Assembly: GCF_018320785.1 (NCBI RefSeq)
Contig: NC_054885.1
Coordinates: 14,917,132-14,981,131, forward strand
DNA from: Cheilinus undulatus
Taxonomy: Eukaryota
DNA length: 64,000 nucleotides
Direction of reading: 5' to 3'
Shown: piece after piece, positions 42,590 through 55,900 of the stretch
Layout: each line of letters opens with the position of its first letter
Position numbering within the stretch: the first letter of the stretch is position 1
The notes under the pieces: generated by a model
Told to the model about the DNA's origin: nothing
The model's input: the letters and a program-made list of their open reading frames with translations, nothing else
Database searches by the model: none
Made by a program: the position numbers and the translations under genes

Positions 42590-42780
42590 GGAACAATGGC
42601 TGCGTTTACATGGACATGAGTATCCCGGTTATGAGTCGTATCCCGGTTTTTATCATATTCGGGATACTGTGTTTACATGCGCACAGAGAAACCCGATTAT
42701 TCATACTCCCGTATACATGAGAAAACTAGTATCCCGGTTTCTGATCACTGAATCATATCTGCGCAGGCGCCTGTGATGTT
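42590..42780. repeat. Short element with internal direct repeats, about 0.8 kb upstream of the zinc-finger gene start
   Basis: gtatcccgg occurs three times plus once inverted (cgggatac). gtttacatg occurs twice. The pattern looks like a MITE. Confidence 0.35.
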
Positions 42781-45700
42781 ATTTTACAACACCAGACTAA
42801 GTAAGTTTGTAATTTGAGGAAATTAGATCACTGTTGGTTATTTTGGGCTTAACACGGTTAAATGCAAGTATCACATTGCAGAAATGGTATCCACCTCATC
42901 CAACAACGGGAGTAAACAAAAATAAACTTGTTTATATTAAGAACGCTTCCTTACAGGTAAAGAATCTGCAGATAAAGAGAGACTGAGAGGAGGGCAAGCA
43001 ATGAAAAGGAAATTTCAAATAAATAAGCTCAATATTACTTGATATTTTAAATTATTCTCGCTATTAGGCTATTAGCATTATTACTATTAAACACTATGAA
43101 AGTTTGGCTGAGACGCCAAGAAAGCACAAAGCAACTTGCAGTTGACTGACTTCACTAAATACTGTCCCGGAAACCACTTCAAAATAAAAGCCTGTTAAAA
43201 CGGGGGCAGGTCAAAGTGGCTCTTGAAAAAGGTTATGTTTTTACTTTGAAAAGTACACCGGAAGAGTCGTCGTTTCTGTGCAGGATTCTCACCGAGTGCC
43301 GCCTTTCCATCTTCAGCTCACAGAGCTTTAATTCCCGCTAACTCATGCCGTTTGCGGTCATTCTCTTGTCTCCACAGTGAAAATACGCCCATGTTTCATT
43401 CACGGCTGCATATTAAACTGTTTAGTTCACGTTTTATCTAAATATGAGCGCGTTTTGACACAAAACTGCCGTCAGTTCACAGACTGATCCGCTGCAGACA
43501 GCCGCTCAGCTGTCGCTCTCTCTGGGCAGAGCTCGTGTACTTTGCGTAAATTTGAAAAGAAAAGGCAATCTTACTGATTTTTACACTACTTTCCCTGTTG
43601 TTCCTTACCGTGACCACTTGAGAGCAGTAAAAAACCATTACTGTATTTACACTTGTGTCACCGGTCTCTATAAAGGCAAATGCTGTCATAGTATAACTTT
43701 CAAAATTGAGTGATTTGATAGGTTGTATCCTGACTATGTAACTGACTGTATTTGAAGTGTCATTGTTAATTTAGAGGGGGATTACCTGTAAGATATAATT
43801 TATTTCACAATGCAGAAGTGAATACGACAGATATTTTACCATTACATTTAGATAAATATGACATATTTGGCATCAATTTAACCCACAGAAAACATTTCTA
43901 CAATTCTCTTTCATACAAGAGTTGTGGATTGTAACTGGTGCATTGTTGGATTGTGCTTCATCAGCAAAAACGCAGCAGGATGGGGACAGAAAAAGGTGCA
44001 GCAAAGTATCCAGAGTCAGCCAAGACTGTAACAGGAACGGGACCGTTGTCTTTCAAAATAAAAGTCCAAATTTGAGGCAATGTATTGTAGTCAAGTAATC
44101 TAGTCTGAACTAAATCTCAGATAGGATTACACTATCTTAACAGCAATACATTCATCTGATATCCTAAATTATTAAATATCTTGTTATTAAGAATACATAT
44201 CTGACTAATTTCATTTATATTTAAATAACTGATAATGCTGTGTATGAAACAACCATCTAAAAGTGACATTTTTGTCTCCAAATTTACATTTTGTCACTTT
44301 AACAAACCAAAAAAAGCAATGCATTTTTTTGGAAAAAGTCAACATATAGTGTTTTTTTTTTTATTCAAGGAAAAAACATTTTATACTGTAAAAAATACAT
44401 GTGCTCTGATTTTAAACAAATTACAAATATAGAAATATTTTTGCTAATAAATGACACTGGCACCTTGATATATAATACTGTTTAATATATATTATTAAAT
44501 TAGGACAATGGTAATTAATTGGCATAGCAGTAACGCAAGTCAGTGTAAATACACCCAGACTAGCACAACGATATAATCACACATTGTAATGGTTTTTTAA
44601 ATGTTTTTACATTTGCACCACCAAAATTTCTAAACAATTTCTTGTCAGCCCCAAAATCTCAATCAAATTGTAGAGCAAAAGCAGGCCACTAAAGGCACTG
44701 TATGTGGCATCAGTTATGTGATATCCACATGATCACTGCTCTCTTGTGCTGTATTTCCTGAATAATACCTTCTCGTTCTCGCGGTGGCTCACCCTGATGT
44801 ATTTCTACCTGAGGGACTGTCAAGGACAAAGCCCAGATAAGGTGGAGTGAAGCATTTTGTCATTTGCATCCACACATGCTGCACACCTAAAACATTTCTG
44901 AAATTTTCTAGGAATCTGTTTCATATGTGAAACATCCACCACGCTTAGGCCTTTTTACTACTCTGCCTAAATTTGCATTCTTTACTTGTAGCAGAATGAT
45001 TTTATAAATTGATGTTTGTACCTTTACCTTGTTTAAAGATCCAACTAGTTCTCCAATTATGCTCCACACACTAAACCTTTATTTTGAAAGAATGACAAAA
45101 GAAGTGTGAGTAATTTCAGCTGGTTTCACACTGCTGGAGGATGGAGCTACTGTAGTGAAAGTACAGCCTCCAGCACGCACACGCACACAAACACACACAT
45201 TACAGCACCCCTCCCTTTCCTTTTACCTCTTGCAGTGGAACAGACTGAGAGCTGCTGCAGCGATATCCCACCACTGTGCTCCATCTGAAACCTTAAGAGC
45301 ATCATTAAATAAGACTAGAACAGGCTTTAGAGCTCTTCCGCCTTCTTAAAAAAAGATCTACAAGCTTTTTAACTCAGAATCCTTTGTTTATATTTTTTCA
45401 GTTCTGTTGCTGCATCTGCACCACTGGATTGTACCTCCTGCAGAGACACCATGAACATCAGCCTGAAGCTCCCTGTAGATTAGGACCAGGTAAAGAAAAA
45501 AAAAAACATCTTTTTCCCATGCTGGGTGTGTGAAACTTGTGCTGCTCTTGCTTCACTTTCTCAGTGGGTGTGTCGGCTCTCTTTTGCTCAGCCTGCATCA
45601 CTCTTTTTCTCTGCTTTTGTCTGCATTTGGTGCATTTGTACAGTCTGTGAAATCTGTAAATTATGTATTACAGTGTGATTGGATTTGTGTTGTTTTTGTG

Positions 45701-47049
45701 GTGTAGCACAGTTTGAAATATTTGCTGCTCAGTCAGATGTAGTTTATTATTCTTGTATCATTTCCTGACATTAACAGGAATTATTTGGTCATGTTGGAGC
45801 TTTTGGATTTTTATCACCACCCCCATGAGACACCAGTTACTGTAGTTAGGCTCACTGCTTCTTCTGCTCACATCCTAGCTCTGTGGGAAACATGATTAAA
45901 AAAAAAACATGATAAAGTGACAAAGAGTACTCAATTATGAAGCATACCAGAGGAAGGACTAGGAAGTATTGACATGTTTCAAGAATCAGGATTTGTGGAA
46001 ATGCTCACATGGATTTTAATTTGATGCCTCAGAAAGATAGATGTATGACTTTGTGTTACAGCCAGAAGAAAACTAAAGCTGGTCTGTTCTTTTATTGTGG
46101 GTTGAAGTGTGAAGATACAGAAACATGGCTGCTTGTGTGGACAGGGCAGCGGGATGAAGATTAGAGCCATGGACAAAAAACACGGACAAGAAAATAACAA
46201 GAAAAAGGAACAAAGATAGCCAATGTTTCCTCTATCTGTTCCAGCCAAAGTAAAATTATGAAATGTTGTCCAGAGTTTAAAAGCCTTAGAGATTTCTCTG
46301 GGCTCAGTACAAAGCTGACTCTGCTGCTGGTGATGATGGTGATGATGTAGTAATGACCTGCAAATCTAGGTTAATGATAATGATACCTCATTGTCAGATC
46401 AAGTCTGAATCTTTGACTTATCAACTTTTAGCAACATCAGAGAAAAGAAAAATTAAAGATACAGTATGTACAAATTTTTGTATTGAAATATCAATATCAA
46501 TTTTAAAAATTGATATGTTCGTTCAATAAAACAGCACTTCAAAAAGTGTATCACCAAACCAAACAGAAAACAGATGCTTTGTTTTCATTCAGAAATTTCT
46601 CCTAATGTGGAACAAATGTCCTAAAAAATTCACTTCCACATTCATGCTGGGAGAAACACCAGAGTGCATGTTTACTCTGGGACCACTTCCAGCCTGAACC
46701 CTGAAGTGCACTTTTCAGTACATTTTCCCCTCATGATGAGATTTGTGAGTGAAACAAACATTTGTTCTCTTGTTTAGTGAGTGCGTCTTATGAGGTGCCA
46801 TACTTATTGAACTTCAGTCTTCAATTCAAAACAAGAAATGAACGGTGGAGATGGGCAGGGCTGAGCAGTACTGGTCTGTACTAGACGACCCCTGGCAGTG
46901 GGATTTTACATATTATGTGTTTTAGAACAGGATACACACAAAAGCATATTTAATTAGTTTAAAAAACAAACAGAACAAATTCAAAGCCTTTTGGCTTTAA
47001 GCTCCCATGAGAAACTTTTTGTTGACAGGGGTCTGACTGCAGACTGCTG

Positions 47050-47490
47050 GCCCCTCACCAGGGGCGTAGCACAGGGGGGAAAAAGGGTACTGATTACCCG
47101 GGCCCACAGTAGGGAGGGGCCCTTGGGGAGCCTGCAATGAAAAGTGTGTTTTTATAAATTTTTTCTTAGTAATTAGTGTCATTATTGAATCAAAAGGGAC
47201 AAAATGAGTCAGTCAACAGTCTGAAATTTGTAATAAATAGAGTAAAATAAATACTGGGGGGCCTCTGCTCTTCCCTTAAAAATGTCCAAATGGTATAGTC
47301 CAGCACTGCAAAATAATGCAAGTAAATTCAGTTCAACCAAAGAAAAAGTATTGCTCATAAATGGGGAAATTATGCTTCAAAAATACATTAAAATGCATTA
47401 TATTTTTTTTAAAAATTATGCAACATTTGTTGCTCGGCTAGGCAGTTAAGGGAGGCCTGTGTAATATTCTTTCTGGGGGCCGAAACCATT
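47050..47490 (+). repeat. Interspersed repeat family S, copy 2
   Basis: Collinear with 19900-20240 (GGGGCGTAGCACAGGGGGGAAAAAGGGTACTGATTACCCGGGCCCACAGTAGGGAGGGGCCCTTGGGGAGCCTGCAATGAAAAGTG...). Confidence 0.75.
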
Positions 47491-47499
47491 CTAACGCAG

Positions 47500-47700
47500 C
47501 AAATGTAGAATGTAGCTATATTAGCTGCTTAAGCTATGTAGATAAAGTAGCTAAATAGCTTACGTAACTAATGTGGCTAAAGCTTAGCTCTTGAAGCAGC
47601 TACATTTTTACAAAGCTTACATGGGTTTAACAGCGTACATAGCTTACATAGCTACCTAAGCTACATAGCTTACATAAGCTATGTGGCTAACTGAGCTATG
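47500..47700. repeat. AGCTA-word satellite-related repeat, directly following the family S copy
   Basis: gtagctatattagctgcttaagctatgtagataaagtagctaaatagcttacgtaac... Confidence 0.7.
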
Positions 47701-49617
47701 TAGTACATCCTATTGTATTTCAACAATGTTAGCAATGAATAGATTAAATGAAAGTCAATTTCTGCAGCATGTTGTTAATCATGTCGTCTAACGCCTACCA
47801 TGTGACTGTTTTTTGACATTCAAGAATAAAATGATCAGTAATAGCAAATCAGAATTCTGAGGGTCTTATTTGTTTTTGTTTATTATAGGAAGGAGACTCA
47901 CCCACAGAAATGTCTGGGCCCAGCCACAGTGCTATAGGTGGTTCTGTAGGGCCTGGGCCACCCACTTGTCCAATTGGTCCACCCAAAATGATTGGGAGAT
48001 TATAGACTACTCACTTGGACTTTTATTGATTCATATCTGATTGTGAAATGTCATTTAATATCTTAAATATAGATCCTGCTTTAAAACATGCTAAGCACAT
48101 AAGAATTATACAGCTTTCATGTTTGAGGTCATAAAATTTGAAGCTACCCAGGTTTGTAAAACGAAAGCATTCACACTCACACGTCATGTTTCTCATCCAT
48201 GAAAGACACAGAGAAAGCTGCATCTGCTGAGAGAATCACGTGTGATTTCATAACTGTTTCTAAATGACACCGCAGAAACCCAAAAAAGTAGGGACAGGAG
48301 GAAGTGTAGTGTCTCTGTCTGATCTGGTCTTCTTAGAATTGTCTTAAAAACACAAAATGTTACTAATGATACACACTCAAACAGACTGTGTGCGCTGCTT
48401 TTTTCCATTAACTTTCTCCCCACTTTCAGAGTAAATAAAGAATAGTTCATCTTAGCCATCAAAAAGATTTTCCCACATTAAAGAAAAGTGTTTAGCAAAT
48501 GTTTGCATGGGTCAAAGGTGATAATATTTTTTGCATTGGGCATTGCATTTTTGCATTATTTACTTGCACCAATTCATAAATGAATTAATGACTTGAGAGT
48601 TGTCCATGTGTAAACAAAGGGCTGTCATAGGCTAAACATTTCAGAGAAAGATCTTGGGTGTTTCTCGAAAAAGAAAAGGTAGCCTGTACAGAGGAGAAAC
48701 ACTTTTAACTTTTGATATTAACAGGCCCAGCAAAAGTAGCATGGGCCCTTCCAAATGTGTAATCTTGGAGCCACAAAAAATAAATAAATAAATAAATAAA
48801 AGCCTTTAAAAATGTGATTCAGTGATATAAATACAAGCGCTAGCATCTTTGCTCACATCCACTTCTTTAGCCTGGTTCTGGTAAGCTTTTAGAGCTTACT
48901 GAAAAAAACTGGTTGACAACTTAATGTTGGGATCAAATGCTGTGGCGTCCCTTCTTTTTTGGAACCCTGACTTTTATGTTCATGTTTGACTATCCAAGTG
49001 TTACTGACCTAAAGCCTCTTATAGACTGTGCGTTTCTAGCAGTCTTATAAGTTTCTGGTATGCTTCAGTGTGCCACATGAATCTCATACGACAGGTTGGA
49101 TGTGTGTAGAGTGAACGATGAACTCCAAATAAACGCAGCTGAATCCCAGATAGGACATACACCAATACAAGACATAAAAGTAAATGGTAATAATGACGCA
49201 AAGCAACAACAAAGCTGTTGTAATTGTTTAGAAAAATATCTGAGATCAAGATTTTTCTCCTTGTTGGAATCCTGCAAACTTCTGCTTTTTTGCATTGTGT
49301 CTATTCTAATGCTAACTTGTCTGTTTGTTGGTGCCAGAGTCAGGTTAACCGTTACGTCATTTCTTGCTGCATTCCCATTGGCTGGTTAGTTGACGTAGGT
49401 TGTAGCAGCAGCCAAAAATTTTGAGATGCTGATCCTAAATTTCTGACACTGTCAAAATTTTATCCCAGGCCATCTGTCAACCTGTCTCAGTGCGACGTAG
49501 GACCCCAATATTAGTGCCACGACTAAAGATATTGCCACTATTGGTCATCTATCGCCTGGGACAGCCCAAGATTGCACAGTTAATACCAGGTTTTATAGTC
49601 AAATTCAACTGGCTCAG

Positions 49618-49795
49618 GGAGCAGGCAGCCTAGTGGTTAAAGGCGCTCCTCATGTACGCGGGCGGCCCGGGTTCGAATCCAGCCTGAGGCCCTTCACCGC
49701 ATGTCTCTCCCCCACTCTTGACCCTGTTTCCGACTCTATCCACTGTCCTCCTCTATCTAATAAAGGCACAAAAATGCCCCCCCCCCCAAAAAAAT
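49618..49795 (+). mobile_element. tRNA-derived SINE (family A), copy 3
   Basis: ...CCTAGTGGTTAAAGGCGCTCCTCATGTACGCGGGCGGCCCGGGTTCGAATCCAGCC... plus the conserved body and a C/A-rich tail. Confidence 0.85.
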
Positions 49796-51869
49796 TCAAC
49801 TGGCTGGAGGACAGTTGCATTACTTACATTCACAGAAGAAGGGGTTATATTTTATAACAAGCAGCGATATATCAAATTAGATTGGAGAAATTGGCTTTCA
49901 TTGCTTAAATTTAGTAAGGACCAAGTCTGTCTTAACTTAACGGGTCCCCATGCAGCTGGGCCCAAGAAATCCATCCCCACCCTCCTCTACAGGCAGCCTG
50001 GTATGGGAGGCTTCAGTATTCATTTCAGTCTGTTTCATAACCAGTTCAAAACTGCTCACAGGAACTTTAAGCTCAACTCCTTAATCTTAAAATAAAAAAT
50101 AGTGCATTCATCTAATCTCATTGAAATCTGGAGCTTTGTGTCTGATTTATTTGAATAACTTAGTTCCACTTTTCAGAACATAGCTGGAGTCACAGAATTT
50201 TTTGTTTCCAACTTAAATGTAGTTTTATAGAGTTGCTACAGAGATAGATCTTCAGTCTTTGAGAATATCTATTTATCTATTTATTTTATAGTTGCAGCAT
50301 TGTAAAGTGGACAAACACTGTTACTATGTAAAGTATTCTCCTAAATCAGCTCCTTGGTTTTAGGTAGAGGAAAAAAAACTTTCAAAATCTGCCCAGTGAT
50401 AAAGGCATTCATCTTAGAAACCTGCAAACATATTTATAAAAACATATTTTAAAAAACATGGTGCAATTGCTTTGTCCAGCTTCTACATGCATAAAAACAT
50501 GTGGAATATAAAAAAAAATACATATCAGTTTATTTTGTTGTTGTTGCAGCATTTACACCATGAATTCATTTTGCTGATTTGTGTCTCACATTTAGAATCA
50601 AAACTGTCTTTTTGCACATTTCAGCAAATTAATGAACAAACAAAACACATCATGATCGTGTTTATTGCCACAGTAAACACACTAGATGCTTAAGAGTAGG
50701 AGTATAGAGATAGAATAATGATAATATGAATAAAGCCTTAATTCACATGTTTTAAACAGTATTCAAAAGTAGAAGTAGCTGTAAAAATGATGCATGGCTG
50801 TTATATTTCAACTGAACAGAAAAGCTGTCATGTTCCCGCTGCAGCGAGAAAACTGAAAAAGCAGATAAACTTGTCTTCTTTCCTCAAAAGATTTCAAATA
50901 ACAGAGATAAACTCTTTGTCATTTCCTACAACAAGGTATTTATTTAAAGCATCTGTTTGATTTCAGTAAACAGCGGCTTTTGGAACAGTTGGTGCCACTT
51001 TGTGCTTTGTTTTAGTAATCGATGCTGCTTCACACGCTGCAGCAGCATGCGCAGCATCACAGCCTCTGGTCGCAGAAATCTGCTGCTGTGTGACGACAAC
51101 TGAATATAAATACACAGAGAGCAGACAAATCATCAGGCACATGAGAGAGCAGCAGTAAATACCATTACAGATGTTAAAGCATGTTCAGTGCTTTGTGGAC
51201 ACGGTCATTGAGGTGTTTGTCAAACTGGATCTTTTCTGCTGCGGTTGTAGTTTACAGAGGTGATCAAATAGACTGAATTATGCACAGGTGTCCATGTCTT
51301 TTTGCCAAGTCCATTAATGAACACTAAAGGGCCAGATTAATAACTTAAATATAAAGCCGTCCACTACAACAGCACTCGTTACATTCTTAAGCATGAGCAG
51401 AAAGTCAAACTTTTCCTGTTTTGACAGGGTTGGTAGCAGAAACACGAAAAGCTGGATTAAAATAGGCTTCAATAGCATATTGGTTCACCCTGTGAATCTA
51501 ACGAGGCATTCAGCGACTCTTAAAATGCTGAGACTCAACAAAATGAATTCTTTCTACATGTGGAAGAAGTGTCCATGTGCAGCTCCACCAACAAGAAATG
51601 AAAATTGATTTTTGGGCTAAAACAGATCTGAGGAGGCTGAATATCTACCTCTGCTATATGCTGCTTTATTTCTATGTTGGTCAATCTGAATGCAGCAGCA
51701 AAATATTTAACCAGCAACATTTAAAGTCATCACACCGAGTACTCTGCCTAAGCTTTAAAAAATCAGTTTGAACGCTATTGTAGTGGTTACTATTGAACCA
51801 TTTACTTCATTCATATGACACAAGTTAAAAAGTTTTATACTTACTTTACTGTGAAGATTCTGATGATCA

Positions 51870-53035
51870 TGGAAGAATTTTAAAAGGTGATTCTAACTAT
51901 TCTACAACGGCATTCAAAAAAAGTTATAGCGATGTGGAAAATATAAATAAAAACAGAATGCAATGATTTGCAAATCTGATAAACCCATTTTGATTATGAC
52001 AGCAGCATCACATGTCAAAAAAGTAGGGACAGGGCAGTGTTAACCATTCTGTGGCATCACATCTTCTTTTAACATCAGTCTGTAAACATCTGGGAAGTGA
52101 GGATATCCGTTTCTTGGGTCCTGGGAGAGAAATGCTGTCCCATTCCTGTTTGATGTAGGATTCTTGCTGCTCAAAAGTCCTGGGTCTTCTTTGCTGGATT
52201 TTATGTTGGACAAATGTTTTCTCTTGGCGAAAGATCAGGACTGCAGGCAGGCCACTTCAGCACCTGGACTCTCCTACAGTGAAGCCATGCTGCTGTGATA
52301 CATGCACTATGTGGTTTAACACTGTTTTGCAGAAATGCAAGGCCTTTCCTGGATGGGGGCATATGTTTTACTTCTTCATACTGTTCAGCATTTATAGTGC
52401 TTGTCCAGATGTGTAAACTGCCCACGCAATAGACTCTAATGCAACCCCATACCATTTGTCTGACCGCAGTACCACAGTTTTCAATTTTGTCTCAGTCCAT
52501 TTTAAATGAGCTTTTGCCCAGAGTGGACGGCAGATTTCTGGATCTTCTCCTGGCTTCTTCTTGGCATGATATACCTTTAACTTGTGTTATGGATGGCACA
52601 GTGAACAGTCATCAGATAATAATTTCTGGAAGTGTCTCTGAGCCCTTGCAGTGCTTTCCAGTACAGAGTCAGCCTGAGGGAGTGCTGACTGAGGATCCAA
52701 CATTGGCCTTCAGCCTTGTCCCCTGCACGTAGAGATTGCAGATTTCTCCAGATTTTCTGAATCTTTTGATGATATTATGTACTGTAGATGGTGGGATAAT
52801 TAAGTCTTCACAATTTGACATTGAAGAACATTTTTATGAGATTGTTCCTCAACTTTAAGACACAGGGTTTTGTAGATTGTTGAACCTCTGCCCATCTTTA
52901 CTTCTGAAAGACTCTGCCTCACTAAAATGCTCCTTTTAAACCCAGATGTGTTATTTTTTCATGAAATGGTAAAATGTCCCAGTTTCAACATCTGATTTGT
53001 TGTTTATGTTCTATTGTGAATAACATGTGGGTCTA
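51870..53035 (-). mobile_element. Tc1-like DNA transposon remnant
   Basis: Minus-strand ORF 52201-52455 is transposase DDE/C-terminal-like (...LKWPACSPDLSPRENI). Terminal region at about 51900-52050 contains CAAAAAAGTAGGGACAGGG, shared with a fragment at about 48270-48300. Confidence 0.65.
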
Positions 53036-53037
53036 TG

Positions 53038-53188
53038 GGATTTGGCCTAGTGGTTCTGTCCACATGCTTCATGTACTTAAAGTGAATGGCCTGGGTTCAA
53101 ATCTTGTCTGTGGCTCCTTTTCTACTCTATCCATCATCATGTTTACATAAAGACATAAAACTCCTAAAATAAATCTTTAAATAAAAAA
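53038..53188 (+). mobile_element. tRNA-derived SINE (family A), more diverged copy 4, abutting a Tc1 remnant
   Basis: GGCCTAGTGGTTCTGTCCACATGCTTCATGTAC...GGCCTGGGTTCAAATCTTGTC... then an A-rich tail. Confidence 0.7.
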
Positions 53189-54492
53189 ATGACCATGATG
53201 CATAAGCCCCATTGACTATTTGAAATACACAAAGACTATTAGTTTGTGAAATATTAAGTCTTTTACATCAACCAAATGCTGAATAAGACATTTTTCTGGG
53301 TGCAGTGTAATATTTAGTTTTTCTGAGATAGCATTCCCAGCTTTTATCTTATTTACTGTGGATAGGATCATTATTTTCATAACAAACATCATTTTGCGCT
53401 GAAGGAGACTTGAAACTAATGATTATGACTTTAAATGAGAAACCTCAAGAGATAAGTAGAGTAATTGTTTCAAAGACTTCCATGCAATCGTGTTAAACTG
53501 ACATTTTATGAGGGCGGGGCTTGAACATTAGCTGTATTCTCAGACTTGAAGATAAAGGCTAAGGCTGTGTCCTCTTTTACAAACAGCCCCAGATACTAGA
53601 TTTGTCCCTCCCTCCATGACTGGACTCTGAGAGTCTGCATCTACACTCCAAACTGCACCGACTTACACCCAGTATTTAATGGCAGATCTGAATCAGCAGC
53701 TTAATGATCGTCCATCTCTGGCATGAAATAAACATTATCAAAGTATGGAGTCATTACGCTGCTGCAGCAGAGTAAAAACAACAGAGCCTGATGGCTTTAA
53801 TGGTTCCAACTAATTTCCCCTACTGCCTCCTAAGTGTCCAAGGCAGCTCGATGCAGCCGATGCTGTCTCTGAGTGAGAAAAGAAAGAAAGAAACCGCAGG
53901 TTAATTGCTGTGGGAGCAAAAGACCCCAACCCCTTTAATAATGCCTGCCTTTTTTTTATTAAAGGTACGATATGTGGATTTTTAAAATGTCCACTCCATT
54001 GTCATTTATGACATTTTAGTTGAGTATTTTCAGTACCTGAAATATTTCCAGCAGTTTTCAAAGCCAGAAAAATGTGTTTCACTTTCATAGCTCTAAAAGT
54101 CCATGGCACCGTGACCGTGCTGCTTTGACAGACATGAAATGTTTATTGTTTGTGTGGAAACGCCTGATGTATCATCAAAGACTGCTGCATGAGGAAGCAT
54201 GGAAGCTACCGTTCTGCTGAATTATCTCATTCATGTTTCTGCAGCTCAGCCATGATGGCCTATCTTTTCTCTCCTCACCTTTCCTTCTGCTCCTTCTTTG
54301 CTTGTGTCACACCTGCTCTCAGATGATACAACATATTTCCAGTTTGAGAATTTGTTTTAAAATTCTACTTAATTTATAAACAATTTCTGGCTGTTACATT
54401 CATGAAATAACCACATTGCATTAACATACAGATAAATCAACATTTCATAAATAAAACAGAAAGAAAAGTCAGAGGACTGATTCAAGATTGAA

Positions 54493-55119
54493 TTATATAC
54501 AGGTACATCAAAAAAAAAAATTGAATATCATGAAAAGTTCAATGTTTTTTGTCACTCTTTTCTGAAAGTGAAACCCATATATTATATAGACTTGTTAGAC
54601 ATAGAGTGAAATATTTCAAGCCAGCAAACTGGCCTGACCTGAACCCCATAGAGAATCTATGGGGTATTGTCAAGAGGAAGATGAGAGACACCAGACCCAA
54701 CAATGCAGATGACCTGAAGGCCACTATCAAAGCAACATGGGCTTCCATTACACCTGAACAGTGCCACAGGCTGATCGCCTCCAAGCCACGCCACACTGAT
54801 GCAGTAATTCATACAAAAGGAGGCCCAACTGAGTATTGAAGGCATAGAAATGAACATACTTTTCGGAAGCCTGAAACTTCTGTTTAAAACATCCTTTTTA
54901 TATTGATCTTATGTAATATTCAAATTTTTTGAGACACTGAATTTTGGGTTGTCTTATCTGAAAGCCATAATCATCAACATTTCAAGAAATTAAGGTTTAA
55001 AATATTTCACTCTATGTTTAACAAGTCTATATAATATATACTGGTTTCACTTTCAGAAAAGAGTGACAAAAAATATTGAACTTTTTCATGATATTCTAAT
55101 TTTTTAGATGCACCTGTAG
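54493..55119 (+). mobile_element. Internally deleted Tc1-like element, same family as 33521-34872
   Basis: Ends are TACAGGTACATCAAAAAAAAAAATTGAATATCATGAAAAG... and ...CATGATATTCTAATTTTTTAGATGCACCTGTA. It keeps only the transposase C-terminus (KPANWPDLNPIENLWGIVKRKMRD...). Confidence 0.85.
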
Positions 55120-55129
55120 ACCTGTGTTA

Positions 55130-55900
55130 GAGGTGGCTTACTTTAGCTTTGCTAGTTTTAGCTAAAGCTAAAACATAGCTCACTAGGAATGTCATAAATA
55201 TTTGTACGTATGCTATTGTAGACACATTAGCTTTAGCTGAATAACTTAATTACATTTATATTTATCTATGTAGCTACATTTTCTACATAGCTTAAGTAGC
55301 CTGCATAACTCTGTGTGCTTTCAAATTTAGCTATGTAGCTTCATTATCTATGTACGTATCTTATGTAGCTAACAGCTTTGTTTTGCTTTTACATCTAGCT
55401 ACCTAGCTACATTATCAATTTAACTACATTATCTATGTAGCTAGCATAGCTTTGTTTGCTTTCAAATTTAGCTGCATAAGCCCATTATCTACGTAGCTTA
55501 TTTAGCTTACATATCTTTGTTTGCTTTCAAATTTCGATATGTAGCTACATTATCTATGTAGCTTATATAGCTAGCAAGCTTTGTTTTGCTCAAATTTAGC
55601 CACATAGCTTCATTATCTACATAGTTTATGTTGCTAACATACCTATAAAAAGTAGCTTTCAAACATACCTTTCAAATTAAGCTATGTAGCTACATTATCA
55701 ATGTAGCTACATTGTCTATGTAACTTATGTAGTAAACATAGCTTTGTGTTCAAATTTAGCTACATAAATCTATTATCTACATAGCTTGTTAAGCTTACAT
55801 AGCTGTGTTTGCATTCAAATTTAACTATATAAGCTACATGAAGCTTCTATGAAGCTAATGTAGCTTTATTAGCTTTAGCTTTGGTAATGTCGGCTGCGTT
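55130..55900. repeat. AGCTA-word satellite, about 68 bp unit x about 9-10
   Basis: Unit approximately tagctacattatctatgtagcttatgtagctaacagctttgttttgctttcaaatt. Related shorter arrays at 28830-29160 and 47500-47700. The flank ...agctttggtaatgtcggctgcgtt matches 29120-29150. Confidence 0.85.
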
